Source: a virus. From it: 64,000 nt of DNA. Made by a program: the position numbers and the translations under genes. Below, one piece after another: positions 1-10,600 of this stretch (the first letter of the stretch is position 1; each line of letters begins with the position of its first letter). A model generated the notes under the pieces. The model was not told where the DNA came from. It searched no databases and saw only the letters and a program-made list of their open reading frames with translations. The stretch covers positions 5,850 through 69,849 of the IMG/VR virus record IMGVR_UViG_3300044797_000308, one strand, 5' to 3'.

Positions 1-1561
1 TGTCAAACAGACTCCGGAAGTATATTCGCCATTATGGTTAAATAGCAACTTAAACCTACCACGTGATCGTGCCACTATTAACGCTTGGTGTCGTAGCTTT
101 TTTGCTTTGAATCCATTTGTTCATAATGCTATTAGTTTGCACAGCACCTATCCTATTAGTAAATTAGCTATTAAGTGCCCCAACAAAGATATCGAAAAGT
201 TTTTCGATGATATGATCGAGGAAATAGATCTAATGAATATCTGCGTGCAAATTGCACAAGAATATTGGTTATTGGGTGAAGCGTTTGTGTACGCAGAGTT
301 AGACGAGGGTAAAGGTAAATGGAGTCGTCTACACATTCAGAATCCAGATTTCATGATCGTCAAACGTACGGTAGTGGCTTCTGAGCCTATCATTATGTTG
401 CGCCCTGATGAAAATCTCAAAAAGATTATTTTCTCCAATCGTCCCACCGATATTGAACAGCGCAAACAACTCAATCAACATATCATTGATTCGGTCAGAC
501 GTGGTGAGAATATTCCACTCGACAATTTCCATGTGTCTCATTTAGCTCGTAGAATTAGTCCTTATGAAATTAGGGGCACCGGCCTGCCAGTCTGCATTTT
601 CCGTCAGTTGATGCTTTTCGATAAGCTTCGTGAATCTAAGTACGCCCAAGCCGATAATATGATCAATCCACTTACCGTAGTCAAGATCGGCTCCGCTGAT
701 TATAAGCCAACTTTTGCTGACTTGGAAGCCTGGAGAAGTGTCTTCGAGGAAGCACAGTACGATAAGGACTTCAAGATTTTTACTCATGAAGGCGTAGATG
801 TTACTAGGGTGGGTTATGGTCAAGGTATCTTCGATATCTCGGGCGACATTACTCAGTTAGTTAAGGAAATCTATGTTGGTTTGTTCGTTCCACAGGCCAT
901 GATGGATGGCGGTGCGGACACGACTTACGCTAATGCTGGTGTGGCTCTCGACGTGTTAAGACAGCGTTATATGCAATTCCGTAATATGATGTCGCAATGG
1001 TTGAAGACCAAAGTTTTCGCCCCCATTTCTAAGATTCAGGGTTTTTACGATTACTCGGGTGGTGAGAAGCAGCTTATCGTTCCAGAAATTGACTGGAATC
1101 ATATGTCGTTGTTTGATGCAGGTGATTATATCAACACCCTAGTTACTTTGACCCAAGGGACTGCCGATCAGAAGAGGGCCTCTTTGCATACTTTATATCG
1201 TTCCATGGGCCTAGAATTCGAGGATGAAACCAGAAAGATTCGTAAAGAAGCTATTCAGAACGCTATTGCTAAAAAAGAAGCGGCTGCTTTGGAAGCGTTA
1301 GATCTCAATTCACTTCGTGCTTTGGATGACGAAGATGAAATCCCAGAACCACAAGGACAACCTGCACAAGAACAGGCGGTGCCAGGCGAGACTCCAGGTG
1401 GTGCCCCTCCAGGTGGCGGCCTCCCAGATTTAGGATTGCCAGGAGGGCCACCACCCCCACCACCATCCGGAGGAGCAGGCGGACTTCCACCTCCTCCCCC
1501 ACCAGCCGGAGAAGCAGGAGGAGCTGGCGGACCTCCCCCTCCCCCACCACCACCAGGCTAA
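1..1561 (+). CDS. Phage portal protein (5'-truncated), with Pro/Gly-rich C-terminal tail
   Basis: Frame is open from nt 2 (VKQTPEVYSPLWL...). Portal-like segments EYWLLGEAFVY, HLARRISPYEIRGTG, NPLTVVKIG; lies upstream of protease and capsid genes. Confidence 0.85.
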   Translation, partial: VKQTPEVYSPLWLNSNLNLPRDRATINAWCRSFFALNPFVHNAISLHSTYPISKLAIKCPNKDIEKFFDDMIEEIDLMNICVQIAQEYWLLGEAFVYAELDEGKGKWSRLHIQNPDFMIVKRTVVASEPIIMLRPDENLKKIIFSNRPTDIEQRKQLNQHIIDSVRRGENIPLDNFHVSHLARRISPYEIRGTGLPVCIFRQLMLFDKLRESKYAQADNMINPLTVVKIGSADYKPTFADLEAWRSVFEEAQYDKDFKIFTHEGVDVTRVGYGQGIFDISGDITQLVKEIYVGLFVPQAMMDGGADTTYANAGVALDVLRQRYMQFRNMMSQWLKTKVFAPISKIQGFYDYSGGEKQLIVPEIDWNHMSLFDAGDYINTLVTLTQGTADQKRASLHTLYRSMGLEFEDETRKIRKEAIQNAIAKKEAAALEALDLNSLRALDDEDEIPEPQGQPAQEQAVPGETPGGAPPGGGLPDLGLPGGPPPPPPSGGAGGLPPPPPPAGEAGGAGGPPPPPPPPG

Positions 1562-1587
1562 TCCAAGGTGATATCCCACTACTTGTG

Positions 1588-1601
1588 AATAATCTCACAT
1601 A
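1588..1601 (+). promoter_or_regulatory. Putative late promoter AATA-N6-CATA
   Basis: AATAatctcaCATA in the intergenic gap; the same spaced motif recurs upstream of 8 other genes. Confidence 0.6.
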
Positions 1602-1634
1602 GTTTTAGCTATTACGCTCAAGTAGAGGGTTTCC

Positions 1635-2867
1635 ATGGATAAAATTGCTCAAGAACGCGGTGTTCTCAATAAGTTGAGAGAAAAAGTCAATATTCCTGGG
1701 TCTGTCATTGAAGGTTTCTTCAAGCCAGAACTCGATAGAATTATGAATGATCTCAGACAAACTGATGACAACATTCGATCAATTTTGACCGGTCAAAAAA
1801 TTGGCAAGTCGGATGTTGATGTGGGCGGCAAGTCTGTCAAAGATTTGCTCAAGTCGGCTCGTAGCAATTTCAATCGTCGTGAATATATGATGGGAGTAGC
1901 CGATCTCGGACAATTCCACAAGAAACTGGCAGACGTCACTAAGTTTATTGGCGTGCTAGACATGAGCATCAATAGAATTCATCATGATTTTTTGTTTCAA
2001 AATCTAAAAGACGATCAGAGAGAAAATATTCAAGGGCTCAGAGAATATATGGGTAAGACTTCTGAAGTCCAAAGTGATGATTTGACCAAAGAAGCTGGCA
2101 TTATGGATTTTTTCTATAACATTGGCACCAAGCGTGGCCGAGCCCTAGCTGTCTGGGAAAAGAAATATCCAAAGGTCGTTAAAGATTTAAGAGATGGTGG
2201 CAATCGTCTTCTCGACATGGCAGACTCTGCTTTGGCAAATATATTGGGGCTCCTAAAAGTGATGGCTGCTGCCCGCGCGACTCGTAAAGTAGATAGCTAT
2301 GTAGAGGCGGCTAATAAAATCAAAAATGAGTACGCTAAATTTGATAATGGCGATAAGGGTTTTCGTGCCTACTACACTAGCGTTATCAAACCGTATTTGG
2401 ATAGGCAAGATGAATTTGAAAGACAAGACGCGGCCAAAAATAAGCCGATAGAAGTGGCCACTCCAACTGGAACGGCACCCCCACCAGTTGTTGCCCCATC
2501 TTCTCCTACTCCTGCTCCCGGTGCCACTACCCCAGGTTTCAACTATGATCTGCCAATTCCAGCGTCACCCGACTCCCCTCCGGCACAACCTTCATTACCA
2601 TTAGCGGGACCACCCGGAGCTTCTCCACCTTTCCCCACACCTCCTCCCGAAGAGGCCGCCCCTGATACGGAAAGAGAGCCCGTTGTTTTCCCACTTAATA
2701 AGCCGAAAACCTCTCATCAAAATTTTTACGAGTCTCTACAATCTTTGAGCGACGAAAATCCTCATATCATAGCCAGATACATTGCCAAGTATGCCACTTC
2801 TATTGAGAAGTCAGATCCAGAAACAGCTATCGTGTTGTTCAACGTGATTAGAAAAATTAAGGGGTAA
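1635..2867 (+). CDS. Hypothetical protein, putative head-internal protein
   Basis: 410 aa, helical, Pro-rich linker, N-terminal MDKIAQ and internal LTKEAG sites; RBS AGAGGG. Confidence 0.7.
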   Translation: MDKIAQERGVLNKLREKVNIPGSVIEGFFKPELDRIMNDLRQTDDNIRSILTGQKIGKSDVDVGGKSVKDLLKSARSNFNRREYMMGVADLGQFHKKLADVTKFIGVLDMSINRIHHDFLFQNLKDDQRENIQGLREYMGKTSEVQSDDLTKEAGIMDFFYNIGTKRGRALAVWEKKYPKVVKDLRDGGNRLLDMADSALANILGLLKVMAAARATRKVDSYVEAANKIKNEYAKFDNGDKGFRAYYTSVIKPYLDRQDEFERQDAAKNKPIEVATPTGTAPPPVVAPSSPTPAPGATTPGFNYDLPIPASPDSPPAQPSLPLAGPPGASPPFPTPPPEEAAPDTEREPVVFPLNKPKTSHQNFYESLQSLSDENPHIIARYIAKYATSIEKSDPETAIVLFNVIRKIKG

Positions 2868-2870
2868 AGT

Positions 2871-3980
2871 ATGCCAGTTGGCAATTTAGGTCCTAATTTT
2901 TATCCCAAACTCGTTGAAATGACTACCGCTTTGGGAATGAAACCGGAAGACTTAATTTCCGTGATGACATCGGAGTCTGGTATGAACCCAGCGGCCTACA
3001 ATCCAAGTGGTGCTTCGGGTCTCATCCAATTTATGCCCGGCACTCTAAATTCTGTTGGATTTCCGGGAACCCCAGATCAGTTTAGGCAACTTTCCGGAGA
3101 AGAGCAACTCCCCTGGATCCAAAAACTAATCAAAAATCGTATGCGATATCAAGGTGGTAAAGCTTTTACTTCTGGCGGACAATACTACGTAGCTAATTTA
3201 TGGCCGGTGGCCCTTAAATTACCAGGTGTGGAGCAAGGCGATCCCGATACTGTTATACTTGAAAAATCACCACAAAGTGAAGGTGGGTATAGCAAAAAAT
3301 ATTTGGACATAGGCAGTAAAATAAAAGCTAGCGATGAAAGTGGGGCTTATAAAGCTAATCCACTCTTTGATAAAGAGAAGAAGGGGTACATCACCTTAGG
3401 AGATCTCAGTCGTCAAGTTAATCTCAATAAAAACACTCCCACTTATAAGCAAACTTTGGTATCCATGCAGCATGCCACTGGCTATCAACCAGGTACTGCG
3501 AATAAAGTTCCACCTTCTGCGGTGGCTCAAAACGATAACAGTTTGGAGGAAATCTTGAATAAATACATTCAAATGTTATCATCAGCTTCTCCTATTTCTC
3601 GCAAGAGATTATACAAGAAGGTGCTGCCTAACCACAATATTTTAATTAAAATTACTGCTCCCGACTATGCTAGTTCCGTGGAATTCTCTCGAGTGCTCTG
3701 TACAGCCTTAGATGAAGATTTGTTAGCCACTTCTTATCCACACACGGACGGCCAAGAAGTGGAAGTAGAATGTTGTATTGCCGGCCCATCGCAAGAGTGT
3801 TTTGCTGCGGTGGAACAAATGGCCCGAGCGTTAGCTGAAACTTTCAAAGATGCCACCACTAAAATTGGTGGGATTACAGTAAAAACTAAATGCAGTATGG
3901 ATAAAAAGTCATCTTATCAACCAATCAGCGTCAGAACTGCTGGTACTAACTACAGGAAGTTCCTGCTCAAATTTGTCTAA
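2871..3980 (+). CDS. Lytic transglycosylase (SLT-domain) protein with unrelated C-terminal domain
   Basis: ES catalytic motif (TSESGMNPAAYN) and ASGLIQFMPGT motif of the SLT family. Confidence 0.85.
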   Translation: MPVGNLGPNFYPKLVEMTTALGMKPEDLISVMTSESGMNPAAYNPSGASGLIQFMPGTLNSVGFPGTPDQFRQLSGEEQLPWIQKLIKNRMRYQGGKAFTSGGQYYVANLWPVALKLPGVEQGDPDTVILEKSPQSEGGYSKKYLDIGSKIKASDESGAYKANPLFDKEKKGYITLGDLSRQVNLNKNTPTYKQTLVSMQHATGYQPGTANKVPPSAVAQNDNSLEEILNKYIQMLSSASPISRKRLYKKVLPNHNILIKITAPDYASSVEFSRVLCTALDEDLLATSYPHTDGQEVEVECCIAGPSQECFAAVEQMARALAETFKDATTKIGGITVKTKCSMDKKSSYQPISVRTAGTNYRKFLLKFV

Positions 3981-3989
3981 GGAAACACA

Positions 3990-4394
3990 ATGGTATCGGA
4001 ACAACATCTTCTCAGCACTATCCAGCAGTTGCAAGGGTCCGGAAAAACCTTTGCCGAATTCTTAGCTGAAATCTTTAAAGATAAATTCATTGAGGTTTAT
4101 GTGGGTGATGCTTACGAAGATGTTAGCACCGAACAAATATCAACTACATACCCTGCTGTTTTTTGTGGAAAGGTCATAGCGGCCTATCGTGAATGTCTAA
4201 TTCTTAACTGCGCGTTTGTGTCTCAAAATAAGCACTTGACGCTGGGTAATTACATGTTCGTTAATGAAAGGGCTATCAGAGCTCTGAATGAAGTAGATGG
4301 CAATGGCACACTAGAAGATATGATGCTTCGTAGCAAAGAAACTTTGGATATAAGACAAGCTTTTGATAAGAAACCCAATGATAAAAACAAATGA
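3990..4394 (+). CDS. Hypothetical protein (possible Sm-like beta fold)
   Basis: 134 aa, RBS AAGGAA, in operon. Confidence 0.7.
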   Translation: MVSEQHLLSTIQQLQGSGKTFAEFLAEIFKDKFIEVYVGDAYEDVSTEQISTTYPAVFCGKVIAAYRECLILNCAFVSQNKHLTLGNYMFVNERAIRALNEVDGNGTLEDMMLRSKETLDIRQAFDKKPNDKNK

Positions 4395-4609
4395 TCGACG
4401 TAAACGCTATCCTACAATTGGCTATCACTTATGAAAATAAGTGTTCACAAGAACTGGTAAAACTTGCTAAAATACGCAAGATGCCAGATGGCAGCTATCG
4501 TGTGCTTTCTCAGACGGGTAAAAATTTAGGAAGCTATAAGTCTCGTAAAGGGGCTGAGCGCCGATTGCGAATGATTGAAATGTTTAAACATATGAAAGAG
4601 AAAGAATGA
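4391..4609 (+). CDS. Small basic hypothetical protein
   Basis: 72 aa, ATGA overlaps on both sides; LVKLAK site followed by YRVLSQTGKNLGSY...RLRMIEMFKH module. Confidence 0.7.
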   Translation: MIDVNAILQLAITYENKCSQELVKLAKIRKMPDGSYRVLSQTGKNLGSYKSRKGAERRLRMIEMFKHMKEKE

Positions 4610-5352
4610 TGTTTTATATTTATGCCATTCAAAATATGATAAATAATAAAATATATATTGGTCAAACAAAGAATCCAGAATATAGGTGGTATTGTCATAA
4701 AAATAATTCTTTTAATGAAAAAACGGCTTGCTATAATACTTATATTGCCAGAGCCATTAGAAAGTATGGCGTTGATAGTTTTCAGTTTGATATTATTGAA
4801 AATTATGATAATATAAATGATTGTAATAATGCCGAAGAGTTTTGGATTAAATTTCTCTTTTCACATAATTCTTCAATAGGATACAATATAAAATTGGGAG
4901 GAAACAATCATAGTATGAGCGAAGCAACTAAACAAAAGATTGGGGTGGCAAATAGTATTTCTTTAAAGGGAAAAAAGCTAACTGATAAGCATAAGTATAA
5001 CATATCATTATCTTTAAAAGGTAAAGATGTTTCACAAGAACATAGAGATAATTTATCAGTGGTTTTGTTGGGTAATCAAAATTGTTTAGGTAGAGAGGTA
5101 TCTCCAGAAACAAGAAATAAAATATCGGCTGCTAACAAAGGAAATAAAAGTGCTTTGGGAGTTAAGCATAATTTAAATACTAGAACTAATATGAGTCACT
5201 CTCGACTTGTCCTAAATGTTAGTGATGTTGAAAATATTATTAAAGATTTTGATAGCGGTATAAAAAAGAAGGATTTAGCTATTAAATATGGAGTTAGTAA
5301 AGATACTATTACAAGAGTTTTTAATGCAACTTATTTTAGTAGGGTTAAATGA
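4606..5352 (+). mobile_element. Free-standing GIY-YIG homing endonuclease with NUMOD3-like repeats and C-terminal HTH
   Basis: FYIYAIQN...KIYIGQT, GYNIKLGG, repeats SEATKQKIG and SPETRNKIS; AT-rich. Confidence 0.9.
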
Positions 5353-5993
5353 ATAATGATTATTTATTGGATAAAATATCTCAATATGAAATGGAGTGCC
5401 TTAAAATAGTGGCTAAAAAAAGAGTCTCTAAAAAACAATATATGAAGCACTTCGATCATTCTAAAGTGGAAGACGGCTCCCCAATTATTGATTTAACGGA
5501 TATTGATGAGTTCGCTTATTCCGCTATTATGCGCAAGATTCGTCAAAAGGGTACTCCTGAGCAAGTTAAGCAATTTTTAGCCATTTACAAACAACAGTTT
5601 GATAAGGCGGTCAAGGGCAAACTACATAAGCCAGAAAAGATAGCTTTACAAAATACGATGGTTAGATTTAATAAACTTCATAAAGTGAAACTTGATACCA
5701 AAATGATTAAGTGTGCAGCTGTGGCGGAATTAGGCAATGCTCAGTTGGTTGGTAAATATTTATCAGATATTGTTAAATTTACCTTGCAACGATTGCCTGC
5801 GGATAAGCAGCAACACGCTCTAGACAATTTGAAGAAAAAGTTTGCCGTGATGAGTGAGGGGGAAATAGCTTCCAAACAGCTACCGGAATCTTCTGCTTTG
5901 GGACAGGCTATCACCTTCGTTAAGCATGTGTTATTTAATCACGATGCTGCATATGTACGAGAAGTGCTCAATAGCTTAGTCAGGAGCCTCTAA
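5349..5993 (+). CDS. Hypothetical protein, putative head-internal protein
   Basis: 214 aa, overlapping stops/starts, MIKCAA site. Confidence 0.7.
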   Translation: MNNDYLLDKISQYEMECLKIVAKKRVSKKQYMKHFDHSKVEDGSPIIDLTDIDEFAYSAIMRKIRQKGTPEQVKQFLAIYKQQFDKAVKGKLHKPEKIALQNTMVRFNKLHKVKLDTKMIKCAAVAELGNAQLVGKYLSDIVKFTLQRLPADKQQHALDNLKKKFAVMSEGEIASKQLPESSALGQAITFVKHVLFNHDAAYVREVLNSLVRSL

Positions 5994-6760
5994 TGATAAA
6001 ACGATTCCGTGAGGTTGTTCCGGGTGTTTTATATCGAGGTTCTTCGCCTTCCCCTCTTGACGTCCAGACACTACAAAAAAAATTGGGCATTAAGAAAATT
6101 GTTAGTTTAGATCAAAAATCTGGCGAAAGAATAAGTCGCGCCTGCAAGCTCTTAGGCATCCAACACGTCAAATTGTATATTGAAGATGATAAAACCTCAC
6201 TCTTACGTTTCTTAACTCAAAATCTAAAAAAGCTATTCCTGCAAAATGGTCCCACCTTCGTTCATTGTAAAGAAGGAAAAGATAGGACTGGTTTAGCTTG
6301 CGCATTGGTTAAATGTAAATTTTTGGGCGTTAATCCAGACAAAGCTATCGAAGAGGCTAAATCCTTGGGCTTTGGCATAGGGATACCGCCACACGTAATG
6401 CATTTATACGAAAAGATCATTCGTTCTTGTAAACCAACCACAGATCAAAATAATGCCGATATAGTTTCTAATGAGAGAACTTATATAGGTGATAATCGTG
6501 ATAACACTTTGGATGGAGCGCAACAAGGATCTTTTTCGCCTTATTTAGACCCTACTTGGAAATGGCCTAATGACGCGGTGTACAATTATGTAGACGATCA
6601 GTCTCCGACTCGTGAAAACTACCCGGATAATGGAGCATTACAGAGTGTGCATGATTTTAGTGACATGAACGTGGTTCCTACGATAGGTGTTTACGACAAT
6701 GACGCCGGTGGAAGAGGTTTTGGACCCACCGATAATAACGGAGGCTTTATTTATGATTAA
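5993..6760 (+). CDS. Protein tyrosine / dual-specificity phosphatase family protein
   Basis: Catalytic P-loop VHCKEGKDRTG (HCX5R) and N-terminal FREVVPGVLYRGS. Confidence 0.88.
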   Translation: MIKRFREVVPGVLYRGSSPSPLDVQTLQKKLGIKKIVSLDQKSGERISRACKLLGIQHVKLYIEDDKTSLLRFLTQNLKKLFLQNGPTFVHCKEGKDRTGLACALVKCKFLGVNPDKAIEEAKSLGFGIGIPPHVMHLYEKIIRSCKPTTDQNNADIVSNERTYIGDNRDNTLDGAQQGSFSPYLDPTWKWPNDAVYNYVDDQSPTRENYPDNGALQSVHDFSDMNVVPTIGVYDNDAGGRGFGPTDNNGGFIYD

Positions 6761-7415
6761 GAAGGCGTACTCGGTACAAATGAGCTATGACGTGTCTGAT
6801 AGTGAAAAACATCAGGCCGAGCAAGCTCTATTGTCTTTCAAGGGCGCTGAAAAATTACTTCAACAAGCCGCAGATCATCTTAATATTATGAAAACTCCTT
6901 TTAAGGATAATCCAGATATGACGCCCGAGGACATAATGAAGGCGCGTGCTGTTATCCGTCGTTTCAGAGATAAGACCATTGAAAACTTTGATGAGTTCAA
7001 GAAGTCTGCTTTTCAATGCGTCAATTTGATGCAAACTTTTGCTACCGACACGCAAACACTCAAATTAATGAAGTCTTTTATTACCTCTATTGATGATTTG
7101 GAAGTTCAAGTAAATTCCCTTTCTGATTTATTCAATGACTTACAAGCTAATAATTTTTCCAAAGATGTTGTGACGCATATCGAAAGTATTCAGAAGCAGT
7201 GTGAAGATATTGATGAGATTATAGATGAAAGAATTAAAACTCATATTCAGACTAATATTCTTGCCACTAGCTGGGTAGACTCGATTAGTAATGATTTGCA
7301 AATGAAAATTGAGCATAAGACGCCACTTATTTTAGATCTTTTTAATAAAAGACAAGATCAATTGAATGACGCAGTAGAGGAGCGCAGTACGGTTGGGCCA
7401 GATTCTAAACCATAA
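6753..7415 (+). CDS. Hypothetical helical protein, putative head-internal protein
   Basis: Start reassigned to ATG 6753 behind GGAGG; begins MIKKAY. Confidence 0.72.
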   Translation: MIKKAYSVQMSYDVSDSEKHQAEQALLSFKGAEKLLQQAADHLNIMKTPFKDNPDMTPEDIMKARAVIRRFRDKTIENFDEFKKSAFQCVNLMQTFATDTQTLKLMKSFITSIDDLEVQVNSLSDLFNDLQANNFSKDVVTHIESIQKQCEDIDEIIDERIKTHIQTNILATSWVDSISNDLQMKIEHKTPLILDLFNKRQDQLNDAVEERSTVGPDSKP

Positions 7416-7422
7416 AAATGGT

Positions 7423-7436
7423 AATATCTCTACATA
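7423..7436 (+). promoter_or_regulatory. Putative late promoter AATA-N6-CATA
   Basis: AATAtctctaCATA; variant AATAatacctTATA at 7475-7488. Confidence 0.6.
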
Positions 7437-7519
7437 ATAGATGAAGTTTCGGTCATCACCCGAAAAATTGTAGCAATAATACCTTATACTGTATAGAGTC
7501 TCCTTAACAGAGAGAAAAT

Positions 7520-7681
7520 ATGCCATTTATTAAACACGGCGATGGAAAAATAGTAGACATACTTGACGAGAGTGAACTGACAGATGATCAGAAGCTAGCG
7601 GTCAACAAAATGTCGCAAGAGTTCGTTAAGCAATCAAGCGAGTTAACTGATTCTTCTCAACAGAAGAAGTCAGGGAGTTAA
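7520..7681 (+). CDS. Small hypothetical protein (53 aa, not in ORF track)
   Basis: MPFIKHGDGKIVDILDESELTDDQKLAVNKMSQEFVKQSS...; purine-rich RBS; fills the gap before the protease gene. Confidence 0.65.
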   Translation: MPFIKHGDGKIVDILDESELTDDQKLAVNKMSQEFVKQSSELTDSSQQKKSGS

Positions 7682-7684
7682 TAC

Positions 7685-10600
7685 ATGATAATAAAACTGG
7701 GTGAAGCACACGAAATTAGACTTGAGGATGCAGCATCTTGCATTCCCGAGGTTAGTGCTGAGGTCTTAGAAAATTTCAGAAAGTTTGCCAACAATCTAAA
7801 AAAGATTGCTCCCAAGGCCGAAGACTTTCTTTATTTCTCCGCTATTATGATGCATGCTGCGGAAGCTGCTGCCCTCAATGAAGATGGTACGCCTAAGCTA
7901 AATCTTAGGGGTGAGGCCGTTCAAGTGGGCTGGGATAAATCTGGCAACACTTGGAAATGGACCAGTAATGACCCCAGTGTTAAGCCGTATAAGAATTCTA
8001 ATGGCGATATTTTTCCAGAGGAAGAATTAACCAAAGCTTACAAAAAATGGAAGCATAAGCCTCTATGTGTGGATCATAAATCCAGTTCAGTTGACCACGT
8101 TAGAGGTTTCATTGTTGATACCTATTACGATCGTAATCTCAAAAGAGTAGTAGCCTTATGCGCCTTAGATAAGGCTGGATTTCCGCAATTAGCCAGACAA
8201 ATTTCTACTGGTGTTTCTAACTGCGTGTCTATGGGTACGGCAGTGGGTCGAGCAATTTGCTACGACTGTGGAAGGGTCGCTCGTGCAGAAGCCGATTTCT
8301 GCGGCCATATGAAAAACAAGACTTGCTACGGCGAAATCAACGTGGACCTCAATCCTATTGAGCTTTCTATTGTTATGAATGGTGCTGATCCAAGGGCCAA
8401 CATCAAACATATCATTGCCGCAGCTAATACCATGAACACTTATCTAGAAAATCGTGCTCTAGAACTACAAAAACTAGCCGATCTTCAATTTAGTGCTCAA
8501 GTAAATGTGTCAGATCCAAACGGTGATGAGGGTGGAGGAAGCGCCCAATTCAACGTTCAAGCAACCGATATAAATCAGTTCAAGTCTGAATTAGATGAAG
8601 CATTCCGTAAAGTGCAGGAATTTAAAAATGTAAAAATTTCTCCACAAGATACTAATTCTTCTGCATCTAATCAATCGTCGGGCTCCATTGCCATGGATGA
8701 AGGCACCCCTACGGATTCTGGATTGGCTCTCCAAACTCCGCAAACTCTCAGGTTTGCATCTGCCGATGTAGAGGCAGAGTCCATAGCCGAACTTCAACAG
8801 GTTACAGCCTCCATTGAAGCCAGGCTAAACCAAATGAAAAAGAGCTTGGATAAGTTAGCGAAATCTACTTCTATAAAACAAGAGGAAAATATGTCAGGAT
8901 CAGATAAACTCAATAAGTCAGCTTATTTTCAGGGTGCTGGTGGTGTAAACGAACCAACTCCGGGTCAAGTTAAATATCCAAAAGACCCACTAAACGAACA
9001 TCTTCGTGAAACCGAAGATAAGCAAATGGTAGGTCAACCTCCATTTCCAGAAGTGGGGCCAGTGGACGGAATGCATCCATCTCCAGGTTCTGTGGATCCT
9101 TCCAACGAGTTAGAGCGTAAGAAAATGCTCGCTCGTGCCGAAGTGGAAGACCGACAGGCTAAGCGCCAAGGTATTGTCCAAATGGCAAAAGACGCCTTAC
9201 AGTACAAGCAAGCTTATTGGCTAGGTGGTGGTGGTGTTAATGAGCCAACCCCAGGCAAGCCAAAGTATACAAAAGACAAGCTCAACGAAGAGTTGCGTGA
9301 ATATGAAGATAAGCAAATGGTAGGTCAACCTCCATTTCCAGGCGTTGGTCCAGTGGACGGCCTTCACCCCTCTCCATCCTCTGCTGATCCTAAGGATGAG
9401 TTGAAGCGTAAGGAAATGCTCGCTAGAGCCAACACCCTACGTGCTCGATTTGTTAAGGCTGCAAATGGCAACGGTTCCCAAAACAAAGCCAAGAGTGCTT
9501 GGGAAGTATTTTTGGGCGACAAGCTCATTCTTACCGCCTCTGTGGATGAGTTGTGTGGTGGTCGAGTAACTGACGTTCTATACGACAGTATCGCAACCAA
9601 GCCATTCGGTGTTCAGTTGATTGAAAAAGTCAAGGCAAACGGTGCTGAAGCTGTTAACAATCTAATAAAGAAGGCACAAGCTGCTCCTCCACCTCCAGGT
9701 GGTGACGCTGGTGGAACCTCTGCCCCTCCAGGCGGCGGTGATGCTGGACCTCCAGTAGAAGATGCTGGTAAGTCTGGTGATCCAAAGCAAAGTGCTTTGG
9801 AACTATCCGAGAAGGTCAGAGATCTCAGCTCCGATTTAGTAGAAGCCGTTCGTGCTCTAACTGGTGAACAAGTCGAAATGGGTGGTGCAGATGCTGCTCC
9901 AGCCGGTGGTGTTGGTGGTCCAGCAGGTGGACCAGCAGCTATGGCTGATGATTCCAAGAGTTCTACCGCTAGTTTCGGTACCTCTACCCTCAATACTTTG
10001 AGAGTGGAGCTAAATGGTGCCCTAACCCACGCTATGAAGGAGTCTATTGCAGAACTCAATGATCATCAACAAGAGTTAGAGATGATTTCTGGCATGTACG
10101 ACAAGGGCGCTGTCAACGAAGGTAACCAAGAGTTTGTTGGTACCGTCGTAGAAGACGCATTGAATGAAGCCAAGACTGCCGTAGCAGATGGATTCAAGTT
10201 AATGACCGCTTTCGTTAAGTATGCTCGTGGTACTAAGGCCATTGTCAAGCGTGCTGAAATTGAAGCAGAGCTACAATCACTAGCCGAAGGAGATTCTATG
10301 AGCGACAAGAAGGATAGTCACTCCGCAGATGGCGGTGACTTGATGGGACTAATCAGCGACACTAACGCAGATTTAGATGCCGTTAGTGAGATGATGGGCG
10401 ATGATGGACTAGGAGGACTAGAAGGTCTTCTCGAAGATCATCCAGAAGAACACGAGCACGAGGGTCTAGAAGGTCTAGGCGCCGATGATAATGACGGTAT
10501 CCAAGTCTCTACCCCAGCTCAAGCCGGTGAAGTTGCCAAGCTTGCTCCAGATGCTAACATTATGGTGGGTAAAGTAGCTTCTTATGATTCCAGACAAGGC

